Of a stretch of DNA of 27,051 nucleotides, positions 1-10,149 are shown piece after piece (positions within the stretch are counted from its first letter, which is position 1; the number at the start of each line of letters is the position of its first letter). A program made the translations under genes and the position numbers. The DNA is from Octopus sinensis (lineage: Eukaryota), in NCBI RefSeq assembly GCF_006345805.1, contig NW_021836015.1, forward strand, positions 1 through 27,051. Direction: 5' to 3'. The notes below the pieces were generated by a model. It worked only from the letters and a program-made list of their open reading frames with translations, did no database searches and was not told the DNA's origin.

Positions 1-346
1 TGTACGTATGTATGTTTACCAAAATACACGTTTAGTTGTATAGTGTACTCAATGATGTGTGTAGTAGAATTTTGTTGGTTCGTAGGTGATGAGTCAGTTT
101 ATAGTTTCACTAGAGTTCCGCACTTTGCGCGATCACAGTGGTGACAAGAAGATCCAACCATGACGAGAAACACTGAATAATGACAATAAATATATATAAA
201 AAAATGCGGCTAAGCGAGAATACGTAAATAGTTATCGATACATCTATATGTATGGATGTATATGCTATATATATGTACGTGTGTGTTTACTATATGCAGT
301 ATATATCTAGATGTATGTGTGTGTTTATTTATGAGTATATATTGAT

Positions 347-375
347 ACTAGCAGTATCACCCGGCGTTGCTCGGG
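347..375. mobile_element. Possible Helitron/Helentron-like terminus (ACTAGC...CCCGGCGTTGCTCGGG hairpin)
   Basis: ACTAG followed by a short GC-rich stem-loop, CCCGG-CGTTG-CTCGGG, resembling non-autonomous rolling-circle element ends. No second end found. Confidence 0.25.
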
Positions 376-430
376 TTTGTTTCGACCCTTTAGAATTGGA
401 ACTAACATCTTTACCGCCGCCGCCGCCGCT

Positions 431-1051
431 GCAGACGAGATACCTATTTCTATTTCTTTACTACCCACAAGGGGCTAAACACAGAAGGGACAAACAAGGA
501 CAGACAAACGGATTAAGTCGATCATATCGACCCCAGTGCGTAACTGATACTTAATTTATTTACCCCGAAAGGATGAAAGGCAAAGTCGACCTCTGTGGAA
601 TTTGAACTCAGAACGTAGCGGCAGATAAAATACCTATTTCTTTACTACCCACAAGGGGCTAAACACAGAGAGGACAAACAAGGACAGACAAACAGATTAA
701 GTCGATTATATCGATCCCAGTGCGCAACTGGTACTTATTTAATCGATCCCGAAAGGTTGAAAGGCAAAGTCGACCTCAGTGGAATTTGAACTCAGAATGC
801 AACAACAGACGAAATACCTATTTCTTTATTACCCTCAAGGGGTTAAACATAGAGAGGACAAACAAGGACAGACAAACGGATTAAGTCGATTATATCGACC
901 CCAGTGCGTAACTGGTACTTAATTTATCGACCCCGAAAGGATGAAAGGCAAAGTCGACCTCGGCGGAATTTGAACTCGGAACGTAGCGGCAGACGAAATA
1001 CCGCTAAGCATTTCGCCCGGCGTGCTAACGATTCTGTCAGCTCGCCGCCTT
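431..1051 (-). mobile_element. tRNA-derived SINE (family 1), one head plus three tandem body units
   Basis: Minus strand starts AAGGCGGCGAGCTGACAGAATCGTTAGCACGCC (A-box-like) and has GTTCAAATTCC (B-box-like). The body contains GTCGACTTTGCCTTTCATCCTTTCGGGGTCGATAAATTAAGTACCAG. Units restart at TACC 441, 631, 815 and 999 (periods 190/184/184). Confidence 0.9.
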
Positions 1052-1224
1052 AATTATTAGCACGCCAGCATGCTAATGATTCCGTCAGCTCGCCGCCTTT
1101 ATATCATCCCAGAAATCAGAATAAAAGCTAAATGATCATGCTTGGAACCATATTGATGGCAGGTGAGCCAGACCAGAACCGATCTGGGTGAATCGAGTTC
1201 AGTCGTAGTCATATCGACACCGGC

Positions 1225-1378
1225 AAGAAGAACGAAGAGAACACCAAGAACAAGAAGACGATGGCAACGTCAGCAAGACCATCGACGATTAAAGCAAGTT
1301 TAACTATGCCATCGACGACAGCGTTTACCACCACCACGACGGCGACGACGATAACAACAACAGCGATACATCAATGTC
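1225..1378. repeat. Degenerate trinucleotide low-complexity tract (AAG/GAC/AAC/CAC)
   Basis: Direct reading of the sequence. Confidence 0.7.
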
Positions 1379-1518
1379 GTCTTAGAGTAGTTTACATTTT
1401 TTTTAATGTGTGAGAGAGAGATCGATCGTTATTTATTTTAACGAGATAATTATCAAGATTGATTGATAGATAGGCAAATAGATTGTTTGTACACGTAATA
1501 TATACACACATATGTATG

Positions 1519-1552
<34 letters not shown>

Positions 1553-1946
1553 ATATATATTCTATATAATGTGTATGTATGTATTATATATGTATATGTA
1601 TATATATATATACACACATATGTAATTTAAATGGTCTTAGCATAGAATTGGCAAATAAACTCTAGGAATAATTGACTTAGTAAACATTCTGGGAGAATAT
1701 ATATATGTCGACTGTTCTCTAACCTAGTCAGCACTTACTCTTTCAACTTCTATTTATTATATCTTAAGTCTCACACACACGCCTACATATACACAGATGC
1801 ACGCACGCGCTGTATCAATTTTGATGTATATATATAGGGATGGTATTATTAAAATACCATCACGAGTGGCCAGCGAATTATCAGCCGTACAGGCAAATTA
1901 ATAAAATATATACATACAATATTGGATATGTATGTATTTATATATA

Positions 1947-2183
1947 CACAAGGGCACTACATGAGTACCTACATCGCTAAATTAGAAGTCAAAAATACTT
2001 CTGTACCACCGGTACCAAGTTGACCAGCATTTACTTGTTCTGACCCAGTAAAGGTAAGACATTATTATTGTTCACTGATATTTTTTCCTATCATGTCTGT
2101 AATAGATTTGTGACTATTCAGTGGTGCAGAAGTATTTTTGACTTCTAATTTAGCGATGTGAATACTCATGTAGTACCCTTGTG
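1947..2183. mobile_element. MITE with ~63 bp terminal inverted repeats and TA flanks (Tc1/mariner-type)
   Basis: Left arm CACAAGGGCACTACATGAGTACCTACATCGCTAAATTAGAAGTCAAAAATACTTCTGTACCAC is the reverse complement of the right arm with about 5 mismatches. TA at 1945-46 and 2184-85. Confidence 0.85.
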
Positions 2184-2257
2184 TATATATGTACAGAATG
2201 TATAAATAAGAGGCAGTTAGTTTGATAGCCCCGTGTGTATACGTTTAGCCCTAGATG

Positions 2258-2333
2258 TTCCTGCTGAAGACGATTGCACCTGGCGGGTTCATTTACTAGC
2301 TAAACTAAAATCAGAAACCAATTGGTCCAGGAA
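2258..2333 (+). ncRNA. Type I hammerhead ribozyme motif
   Basis: Helix I TTCCTG/CAGGAA; core CTGAAGA 2264-70; helix II GATT/AATC with a C.A mismatch at the closing position; GAAA 2314-17; palindromic helix III ACCAATTGGT; GTC with predicted cut after 2327. Confidence 0.75.
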
Positions 2334-2630
2334 ACTAGATGGTAAAATGTTTGTATTTTTTATTTCGTTCCTGTTGAATTTTATCCCTAATTTTTGTGGT
2401 TATAGAACCTAGCTGTTCTTTCTAGCGTGTTGAATCCTATGACTGGATTCCTCATGTGTTTAAATATACACTATATATATATATATCCATCTAAGAATCC
2501 ATAAGTCAGGAAAAATTGTCAGTAAAGTGGCTATATTAATCAGAGTGTACAGTATTGTATATCCATTACTGCCGATCTTACCGATCAGTTCGCACTATGC
2601 GGTCGCCATATTTCATTTCATAACTACCAA

Positions 2631-2711
2631 CTCTGAAGAGCGCAGGGTTACACAATCGGGTAGTTACCTAATGCTCCGTTGAATTCCGAGTGCGAAACCG
2701 ATCGGTAAGCT
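2631..2711 (+). ncRNA. Type I hammerhead motif with weak helix I
   Basis: CTGAAGA 2633-39; helix II GCGC/GTGC; GAAA 2694-97; palindromic helix III ACCGATCGGT; GTA with cut after 2707. Helix I has only 2 contiguous bp. Confidence 0.6.
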
Positions 2712-2758
2712 CTGCTGTAATGGATATATAATATCGTAGACTTCAATTAAATATATTA

Positions 2759-2825
<67 letters not shown>

Positions 2826-3196
2826 ATTATGATATTTATATATGGATATGTATATATATATACATACACAAATATGTAATTTAAATGGTCTTAGCATAGA
2901 ATTGCAAATAAACTCTAGGAATAATTGACTTAGTAAACAATTCTGGAGAATATATATATGTCGACTGTTCTCTAACTTAGTCAGCACTTACTCTTTCAAC
3001 TTCTATTTATTAGATCTTAAGTCTCACACACACCTACATATACACCAGATGCACGCACGCGCTGTATCAATTTTGAGTATAGATATAGGATGGTATTATT
3101 AAAATACCATCACGAGTGGCCAGCGAATTATCAGCCGTACGCAAATTAAAAAAATATATACATACAATATTGGATATGTATGTATTTTATATAATA

Positions 3197-3433
3197 AACA
3201 AGGGCACTACATGAGTACCTACATCGCTAAATTAGAAGTCAAAAAACTTCTGTACCACCGGTACCAAGTGACCAGCATTTACTTGTTCCTGACCCAGTAA
3301 AGGTAAGACATTATTATTGTTCACTGATATTTTTTCCTATCATGTCTGTAATAGATTTGTGACTATTCAGTGGTGCAGAAGTATTTTGGGACTTCTAATT
3401 TAGCGATGTGAATACTCATGTAGTACCCTTGTG
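3197..3433. mobile_element. Second copy of the same MITE (within the duplication)
   Basis: Same TIRs as 1947-2183. Confidence 0.8.
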
Positions 3434-3512
3434 TATATTGTACAGAATGTATAAATAAGAGGCAGTGAGTTTGTTTGGTAGCCCCGTGTGTATACGTTTT
3501 AGGCCCTAGATG

Positions 3513-3588
3513 TTCCTGCTGAAGACGATTTGCACCGGGCGGGTTCATTTACTAGCTAAACTAAAATCAGAAACCATTGGTCCAGGAA
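3513..3588 (+). ncRNA. Hammerhead motif, duplicate of 2258-2333
   Basis: CTGAAGA 3519-25; GAAA from 3570; helix III ACCATTGGT (one A fewer than copy 1); GTC with cut after 3582; helix I TTCCTG/CAGGAA. Confidence 0.7.
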
Positions 3589-3887
3589 ACTAGATGGTAA
3601 AATGTTTGTATTTTTTATTTCGTTCCTGTTGAATTTTATCCCTAATTTTTGTGGTTATAGAACCTAGCTGTTCTTTCTAGCGTGTTGAATCCTATGACTG
3701 GATTCCTCATGTGTTTAAATATACACTATATATATATATATCCATCTAAGAATCCATAAGTCAGGAAAAATTGTCAGTAAAGTGGCTATATTAATCAGAG
3801 TGTACAGTATTGTATATCCATTACTGCCGATCTTACCGATCAGTTTCGCACTATGGCGGTCGCCATATTTCATTTCATAACTACCAA

Positions 3888-3968
3888 CTCTGAAGAGCGC
3901 AGGGTTACACAATCGGGTAGTTACCTAATGCTCCGTTGAATTCCGAGTGCGAAACCGATCGGTAAGCT
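3888..3968 (+). ncRNA. Hammerhead motif, duplicate of 2631-2711
   Basis: CTGAAGA 3890-96; GAAACCGATCGGTA 3951-64. Confidence 0.55.
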
Positions 3969-4015
3969 CTGCTGTAATGGATATATAATATCGTAGACTT
4001 CAATTAAATATATTA

Positions 4016-4052
<37 letters not shown>

Positions 4053-4180
4053 CGATTAGATTATCGGATACTGTTATACATCGCTGGTCACAATGCGCTT
4101 TGCATCGTCTTAGTTTTAGAATGGTGCCACCCTACTGGGTAGGCGAGAAGGCCAACATTCTTCCTGATCGGAAAGGCTAC

Positions 4181-4222
4181 CGATCGTCAGTGTAGTATCC
4201 TAACCACTAGGCTACGCACCTT
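4181..4222 (-). mobile_element. Isolated tRNA-like SINE head fragment
   Basis: Minus strand GGTGCGTAGCCTAGTGGTTAGG (A-box-like), similar to the head at 15086. Confidence 0.5.
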
Positions 4223-4379
4223 CACATGGATATGGGGGGGGGTAATTGTATAGGTTACTATTAGTTTTATGTCCTAATAACTCTTCACCAGGTCCTGTCT
4301 GTCTGTTTGTCTGTCCTTGTCTGTTTTTCTCTCCCCCCCCCACTCTTTCTCTCTGTATATAATTTACTGTTCCGTAAAG

Positions 4380-4670
4380 TTAAGATCAACAAACAATGCT
4401 CCACTCAGTGAGAGATAAATATCATTTAATGTGCACCGTATAAAGACAATTGCTAGTAATAGTTTCTTGCTGTGAGGACACGTGGCTAGGTATGTTTTTA
4501 TAACGTACCTTATGTCGCCAAACAATCTACGGGTTCCAAGCACATGGTCTGTTGAAAATTAGGGTACTGTTACATGAGAAACCACGAGAAAAAATAAAAC
4601 GAGATGACTGATGCAAAATGTGGAAGGCTGAATAACAACTGAAAAAGAAGAGAAGAGAAAAATTACGTCT
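4380..4670 (+). repeat. Old ~290 bp repeat, copy A
   Basis: Aligns with 5445-5735. Shared TTAAGATCAACAA, TATCATTTAATGT, AGTTTCTTGCTGTGA(A/G)GACACGT and GATGCAAAA(T/A)GTGGAAGG. Confidence 0.8.
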
Positions 4671-4681
4671 CCTTCGACCGT

Positions 4682-4858
4682 TTCACCCTTCCACTTTTTA
4701 CATCAACCATCTCGATTCTTCTGCTGGTTTCTTAATATACTTGCCTCCTTATTTTCAAATTGAACAGAATATATGCTCAGCGTCCGCAGACTGCTTGTAC
4801 ATTAAAAAAAAACACGTTTTAAAACCTGACTAATGACGTGTCTTCACAGCAAGAAACT
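4682..4858 (-). repeat. Same repeat, inverted copy B
   Basis: ACGTGTCTTCACAGCAAGAAACT 4836-58 and TTCACCCTTCCACTTTTTACATC are reverse complements of motifs in copies A and C. Confidence 0.75.
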
Positions 4859-5371
4859 AATGCTCGGACTTATCTGTCTGCTGTGTAAATGATTATATAT
4901 ATATATATACATAAAAGCTTCACACGTATCTTCAATATTACATATGGTAGAATTATAGATAAAAAGAAAGGAAAATTATTAATAGGAGTTGCATATTATG
5001 ACTTGAAACTTCCTATTCAGAAATACATAAGCAATTGTTGGACGAATAGAATACAACCACTTAACGCAAATATTTAGGCAGCTTATTATAAGTTTTTCTT
5101 CAATAGCAGTGAAAACATCCGGTCTTGCATCATGGGAATAGACTTATGATAAGGATCACAACTTATTACATATTAATATCGCTCGCAGGGCTGGAATATT
5201 TGTTGGATTTGTCAATGCCGTGAATTCGATTGTCATCCGCTGAAATGAAATTCATGCTTTCGCATATAGAAAACTGTAAATAATGCATTGACTGGTATTG
5301 CGGAAGCTTGCCCAGCTGGAGCAAAGGTCGGTATATGCAACTGAAACAGCATTGAAGTCCTAACACACACG

Positions 5372-5405
<34 letters not shown>

Positions 5406-5444
5406 TGCATGTATGTATGTATATGTATGGGTTTGGTGTTTCCG

Positions 5445-5735
5445 TTAAGATCAACAAGAAAAAGACTCCATCCAATAAAAGATAACTATCATTTAATGTA
5501 TACAGTATAAAGGTAAGAGCTAGTAACAGTTTCTTGCTGTGAAGACACGTGTCCAGGCAAATTTTTGTAACGCGTATAGTGTCTCCAAGCAATCTTCGAG
5601 TTCTGAGAGCAAGGCCGCTGGTACAAGAGAAATCACGAAGTAAAAAGGAGGAAACGGTAGATGCAAAAAGTGGAAGGGTGAATAGGAAAGGAAAAAGAAA
5701 GAATAGAAGAGAAAATCGCTGTTATGTCTCTGAGA
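5445..5735 (+). repeat. Same repeat, copy C
   Basis: See copy A; roughly 70% identity by eye. Confidence 0.8.
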
Positions 5736-5736
5736 T

Positions 5737-6112
5737 GAAATACCTATTTCTTTACTACCCACAAGGGGCTAAAAGCAGAGAGGACAAACAAGGACAGACA
5801 AACGGATTAAGTCGATTATATCGACCCCGAAAGGATGAAAGGCAAAGTCGACCTTGGCGGAATTTGAACTCAGAAATACCTATTTCTTTAAAACCCACAA
5901 GGGGCTAAACATAGAGGGGACAAACAAGGACAGACATAGGTATTAAGTCGATTACATCGACCCCAGTGCGAAACTGGTACTTAATTTATCGACCCCGAAA
6001 GGATGAAAGGCAAAGTCAACCTCGGCGGAATTTGAACTCACAACGTAACGACAGACGAAATACCGCTAAGCATTTCGCCCGGAATGCTAACGATTCTGCC
6101 AGATTACCGCTT
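5737..6112 (-). mobile_element. SINE family 1, head plus two body units (one internally deleted)
   Basis: Same consensus as 431-1051. The first unit lacks the segment between the two TATCGACCCC direct repeats. Confidence 0.9.
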
Positions 6113-6734
6113 TTAAGCGTTGCATTATATTGACTACATTTTATCCGTTCTACCAAAGTGGAAATCAAAAAGATGATGTGAATACTCTGACGAGATTCGA
6201 ACTGGAAACGATGAGGTATATCAACGAGTTTATCGTAAAGTTTCTAGAAATGTACTCGGCCTTTCACCACTTTACTCTCCAGAGGTTAAACTGCAGAGAT
6301 TCAGGCTGCACATCAGCCGCATTAATCTCACAAATCTTTGAGTGCGACTGATGAGTGCCACAGCCATTGATCTTCCTACTTCAATAACAACAAATAAAAG
6401 ATGGAAAAAGATAAGTAATTTTCGTTTTTGGATTTGGTTTGCAAGATTATTTATATGAGTTCGTGTGTTGAAGCATATTCTGTTATGTCTGGGGAGAGTC
6501 ATTCTCTGTGGAAATTTTACCGGCGAGTGTGTTAAATAATAAGGCACTAAAAGAGAATGACTCTCTCCAGACACAAGAGAAGTAATTTATTTGAACAAAA
6601 TGTCTGCCTGCCTCTCTCTCCCTCTGTCTATCTATCTATCTATCTCTTTCTTCTCTTCTTATGGATTGTACCAACATCGAAACTAAAAAATTTCTTTAAA
6701 ACCAAAAAACAAGAACAAAAACAGCACGATAGCA

Positions 6735-6814
6735 ACCTTCCACGCTGCAATTGTTTTTTTGTTTCAGCACACGATCTCAGATCAGGTCACATACTATGCA
6801 AGTACATCTCCGTA
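6735..6814 (+). repeat. Solo terminus of the fold-back element at 7064-7382
   Basis: CCTTCCACGCTGCAATTG...GATCTCAGATCAGGTCACAT...CATCTCCGTA is nearly identical to 7302-7382. Confidence 0.9.
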
Positions 6815-7063
6815 ATATATATATATATATATATAGCAACAATGGGAAGAAAAATTAACAACAATAACAATTGCAACAACAAAAAATAACACCAAGACAA
6901 CAACAGCAACAACTACAACAGTAACGTTAACACTGACATCAAGAACACCGCCAACAGCGTAACAGCAGATAATAACTTAAGCGACCAAAGCGGTGTGGGT
7001 GGATTTAGTAGACGGAAACTGAAGGAAACCCACCGTGTATGTGTGCGTGTGCGTGTGTGTATA

Positions 7064-7382
7064 CAATTGCAGCGTGGAAGGTGTTTATAAGTAATTTATA
7101 AGCACACAAAAACCGTTAGATTCACTTCAACATTTAAATATAATTTGCCAAAATATTTTCGTCGCTGCATCTCAGAGATGAGGCACGGAATTTTGTCAGT
7201 GAAAAGGTCGCGGTTTCAAAGCGACGAAAATATTTTGACAATTTAGATTTAAATGTTGAAGTGAATCTAACGGTTTTTGTGTTTTTAAATGGCTTATAAA
7301 CACCTTCCACGCAGCAATTGTTTTTTTTGTTTCAGCACACGATCTCAGATCAGGTCACATGCTATGCAAGTACATCTCCGTA
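7064..7382. mobile_element. Fold-back element with ~103 bp inverted arms (MITE-like or Penelope-terminus-derived)
   Basis: 7064-7166 is the reverse complement of 7220-7320 (~90% identity). The right arm continues a further ~62 bp to a (TA)n tract. Confidence 0.85.
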
Positions 7383-7387
7383 ATATA

Positions 7388-7421
<34 letters not shown>

Positions 7422-7423
7422 CA

Positions 7424-7685
7424 GGCGCAGGCGTGTCTGTGTGGTAAGAAGCTTGCTTCCCAACCACATGGTTCCGGGTTCAGTCCTACTGTGTGGAACC
7501 TTGCGCAAGTGTCTTCTACTATAGCCTCGGACTATATAAATCTTATGAGGGGATTTGGTAGGCGGAAACTGAAAGAAGCCCGTCGTATATATATGTTTGT
7601 GCGTGCGTGACTTTGTGTCTTAGTGGTTCAGCAAAATGGGTTAGACGGAATAAGAACCAGGCTTTGAAAATAAGTCCTGGAGAAT
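7424..7685 (+). mobile_element. tRNA-derived SINE family 2 (CORE-like domain), 3'-degenerate
   Basis: GTGTGGTAAGAAGCTTGCTTCCCAACCACATGGTTCCGGGTTCAGTCC head, ACCTTGCGCAAGTGTCTTCTACTATAGCCTCGG core, GACGGAAACTGAAAGAAGCCCGTCG. Confidence 0.85.
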
Positions 7686-8070
7686 AAAATAATAAAAGAA
7701 TACCTAAAGAATAAAAGAATAACAAAAAAAACATCACCATCACCACCACTATTCCCACCACCGACATCAATAACATGAATATTATCCAGATTAACATCAA
7801 TAACAACAAGAATAATAAGAAGACAACAGCAATAAACAATATTGAAATGTTATGAAGGCTAACTTGTTTTTTTTTTGGTTGTTTTTGCCATAATTACAAC
7901 TAAGAACACGAAAAGACTTCAACCAAAATAACAACAACAATAAAAACAAAGTTTTAAAAAAATTGTTCAGAGAAATTGAACAAACATATATAAACACCAG
8001 AAAACAGCAGAAAATACCAGTGTTTCTTTTTTTTTATTGTTTAGCATATTTACGACCCACATGCAGACAG

Positions 8071-8241
8071 GATATATATATATATATATATATACAAATA
8101 TATATATGTGTGTATATATATATATACAAATATATCTATGATATATATATATATATATATACAAATATCTATATGTATATATATATATATATACAAATAT
8201 ATATGTATATATATATATATATATATACAATATATATATTA

Positions 8242-8273
<32 letters not shown>

Positions 8274-8596
8274 TACACAAATATATGTATGTGTATATAT
8301 TATATATATATATACAACACAAATATATATATGTGTATATATATATGTGTATATATAATGTGTATATATTATATGTGTATATATATATGTGTTGTATATA
8401 TATATATATATATAGGTATACATATACGTATACATATATATATATGTATATATATATGTATATATATTATACATATATATGTATACATATATATATATGC
8501 ATATGTGTATATCATGTATATATATACATATGTATATATATATGTATATATATATGTGTGTGTATACATGTGTATATATATATATGTGTGTGTATA

Positions 8597-8656
<60 letters not shown>

Positions 8657-8657
8657 A
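8071..8657. repeat. Compound (TA)n/(TG)n microsatellite ending in (GA)n
   Basis: Direct reading. Confidence 0.95.
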
Positions 8658-8749
8658 ATGTAGAGTGCGGGAGAGTGATGGGATTGTGAGGTATGACTTT
8701 AAAATGAATTTGAAGGGTCTCTTAATTTTTTGCTCTCCCTCATCAGACA

Positions 8750-9900
8750 TATGCGTATGTAGGTGTGTGTTTGTATATATGTATACATATGTATGCACAT
8801 GTGTGCGAATGTATGTATATATATACGTGTGTGTGTGTGTGTGTATACATATGAGTATGTATGTATATATATATAAAGTTAATCCAAACAAGAAAGCACA
8901 AAAAAACACAACATATATATATATATATATATCCGTGTACGTATGTATATGAGTTTATATGTGTGTGTATGTATATATACGCATAAGTATAGGTGTACGT
9001 ATGTGTGTGTATATGTGCGCGTTGGTATATATATATATGTGCATGTGTGTATTGTGGTGCATATATATATTTGATTATTTGTGTATGTACATATACGCAT
9101 GCATTTGTGTGTGTGCGTGTGTATGTGTGTGTGTGCGTGTGTATGTGTGTGTGTCTATATATTCCTTTACGTGGATAAACAGAGTTAAAATGAAATTACA
9201 CCCCAATGATATATCTGAAAATTAAATAAAAAAAACAAAAAAACAAAATAGTCGTGAACAAAAATAGACAAGTATAAATACCATAAAAAGAGAAACAGCA
9301 GCAGACAAACAAATAAACAAATAAAATAATCAATAAATAATATTAGAAAATGGTAGTAACGTAGAGTTATGCAATTACATACATACATACATACATATAT
9401 ATATATTATATATTATATATATTATATATAGATATATATACATTATATATATATATAAGTACTATATATATATCTTTTATATATATAATATATATTTATT
9501 TATATATATATATAAGTATTGTATTTGTAGGTATATGCCCACAACTATCGATGTATATGTATATACGTACGTATAGATGTATGTACCTATATATATATGT
9601 GTGTGTCTGTATTTCTGTCTGTGTACGTATATCAGTGCCTACTATATATGCATATATATGTGTGTTTGTGTGTGTGTGTGTGTCTGTGTGTGGTTGTATT
9701 TGTCTGCGTGCATGTTTGTGTGTGAGTATGTATATATATATATATGGGTGTGTATGTTTATGTTTGTGTGTTTGTCTGCGTTTCTGTTTGTGTATGTATA
9801 TCAGTGCATACTACATATATGCATATATACGTATAGATATATGTCTGTATTTGTGTACGTGTATGTGTGTGTGAGTGTACGTGTGTGTGTGTGTGTTTAG
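8750..9900. repeat. Degenerate (TA)/(TG) microsatellite field with A-rich spacers
   Basis: Direct reading. Confidence 0.85.
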
Positions 9901-10149
9901 TACAAATGAATTCGAAGTGAACTCTAATAAGATGCTGGAATCTAATATATAAAGACGGTCAATCAATAACAAACGAACAGTGTTAGATGTGGTGTGAGTA
10001 CATGAAGGACTGTCATGTAGATAACAACAACAACAACAACTCTACTACTACTACTACTATACTACTACAACATTAGAAACAACGTTTGTGCCTTCGCCAA
10101 TACAAACGCCATCTTTTTTTCCTTAAACTTTCCATCAATATGAACATGT

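Larger units (their letters stand above)
1618..4051. repeat. Tandem duplication, two ~1.25 kb near-identical copies (about 1618-2820 and 2872-4051)
   Basis: TGTAATTTAAATGGTC at 1621 and 2875 (offset 1254); GGTAAGCTCTG at 2704 and 3961 (offset 1257). Copies are joined and bounded by (TA)n. Confidence 0.97.

Noticed and set aside
431-1051. Regularly spaced repeats resembling a CRISPR array
   Set aside because: Units are ~184 bp whole-body SINE repeats with no unique spacers, in eukaryotic context with no cas genes.
1132-1168. ATG-MIMLGTILMA followed by G|GTGAG, a possible first exon
   Set aside because: Ten codons and a donor-like motif occur by chance; no downstream exon or promoter evidence.
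2562-2724. TA-flanked MITE interpretation of the inverted repeat
   Set aside because: Inverted homology continues about 30 bp beyond the supposed TA TSDs on both sides, and the arm coincides with a hammerhead half.
6348-6420. CTGATGA hammerhead core
   Set aside because: No helix II followed by GAAA and no helix I or III partner.
8680-8752. Minus-strand CTGATGA-GGG...CCC hammerhead candidate
   Set aside because: G12 is missing (CCCTTCAAA), helix III does not pair and helix I has only 3 bp; compatible with chance.
7963-9900. Many 60-250 aa Tyr/Ile/Cys/Val-rich ORFs (also 13126-13684, 15588-17031, 18589-19358, 23356-25158)
   Set aside because: Translations of (TA)n/(TG)n/(CA)n repeats, open in several frames on both strands, with no domain content.
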